Shown here piece after piece: positions 44,091 through 44,376 of a DNA stretch of 44,376 nt. Numbering within the stretch: the first letter of the stretch is position 1; each line of letters opens with the position of its first letter. The position numbers were made by a program, and so were the translations under genes. The notes under the pieces are model-generated. The model searched no databases. It had not been told where the DNA came from and was given only the letters and a program-made list of their open reading frames with translations. This stretch comes from a virus (taxonomy: Duplodnaviria > Caudoviricetes), in the IMG/VR virus record IMGVR_UViG_3300017746_003174, positions 1-44,376 of that record; one strand, given 5' to 3'.

Positions 44091-44375
44091 ATGAAAACAA
44101 TCAAATCGCAAGTCCCTGGAATGTCAGACCAAGCCTATACAGAGCGTGGTAATCTTATTCGTAGGATCGTCGCTCAGAAGAAAGCTGAGGCTGCAGCCCT
44201 TTTACAGGAAGCCAAAGAAGAGAGAGCTCTTCAGAGGCAGATGGCGAAGGAAGGCTTTACTGCTGACACCGATAACATTAACGCCTATACAGACGGCGAG
44301 TCATACCTTGCTGAACACTATGGCGCTAGGTTAGCCGATCAGACATCTTATGAATCAACCGAAGGATGGAACTAA
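44091..44375 (+). CDS. hypothetical early protein
   Basis: 94-aa ORF after the promoter and AAGGA RBS. Confidence 0.7.
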   Translation: MKTIKSQVPGMSDQAYTERGNLIRRIVAQKKAEAAALLQEAKEERALQRQMAKEGFTADTDNINAYTDGESYLAEHYGARLADQTSYESTEGWN

Positions 44376-44376
44376 T

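Noticed and set aside
1-44376. CRISPR array or transposon/integrase
   Set aside because: No regularly spaced repeat-spacer array and no transposase or integrase motifs. The recurring repeats are dispersed promoters, and the Cas4-like exonuclease has no cas context.

Overview
This is a 44 kb AT-rich, densely coding segment of a T4-like (Tevenvirinae/Kyanoviridae-style) myophage genome. The host is most likely an aquatic alphaproteobacterium, inferred from the two-piece tmRNA and its ANDN...AA tag. Recognisable core genes are the gp41 helicase (partial), thyX, nrdA/nrdB, RNase H, a DenV-like glycosylase, phoH, GH108 and SleB-type cell wall hydrolases, an exonuclease and a 5'-nucleotidase. Transcription signals include about 13 sigma70-type early promoters (all + strand, most sharing a common cassette) and about 11 TATAAATA late promoters. 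Accessory content: a circularly permuted tmRNA with a 77-aa ORF inside its intervening segment; a glnA-type glutamine riboswitch upstream of an unannotated 33-aa basic peptide; a block of proteins with T4 capsid-targeting-like N-termini, including nuclease-like, ligase-like and HxGH nucleotidyltransferase enzymes; an NrdA with an inserted glutaredoxin domain; an oxygenase alpha subunit lacking its Rieske ligands; several Fe/2OG oxygenases and a desaturase; a glycan/sulfo/methyl-transferase operon; two tRNAs; and a three-gene exported-protein cassette with Cys-rich repeats. All calls come from motif recognition by eye; no database searches were run.
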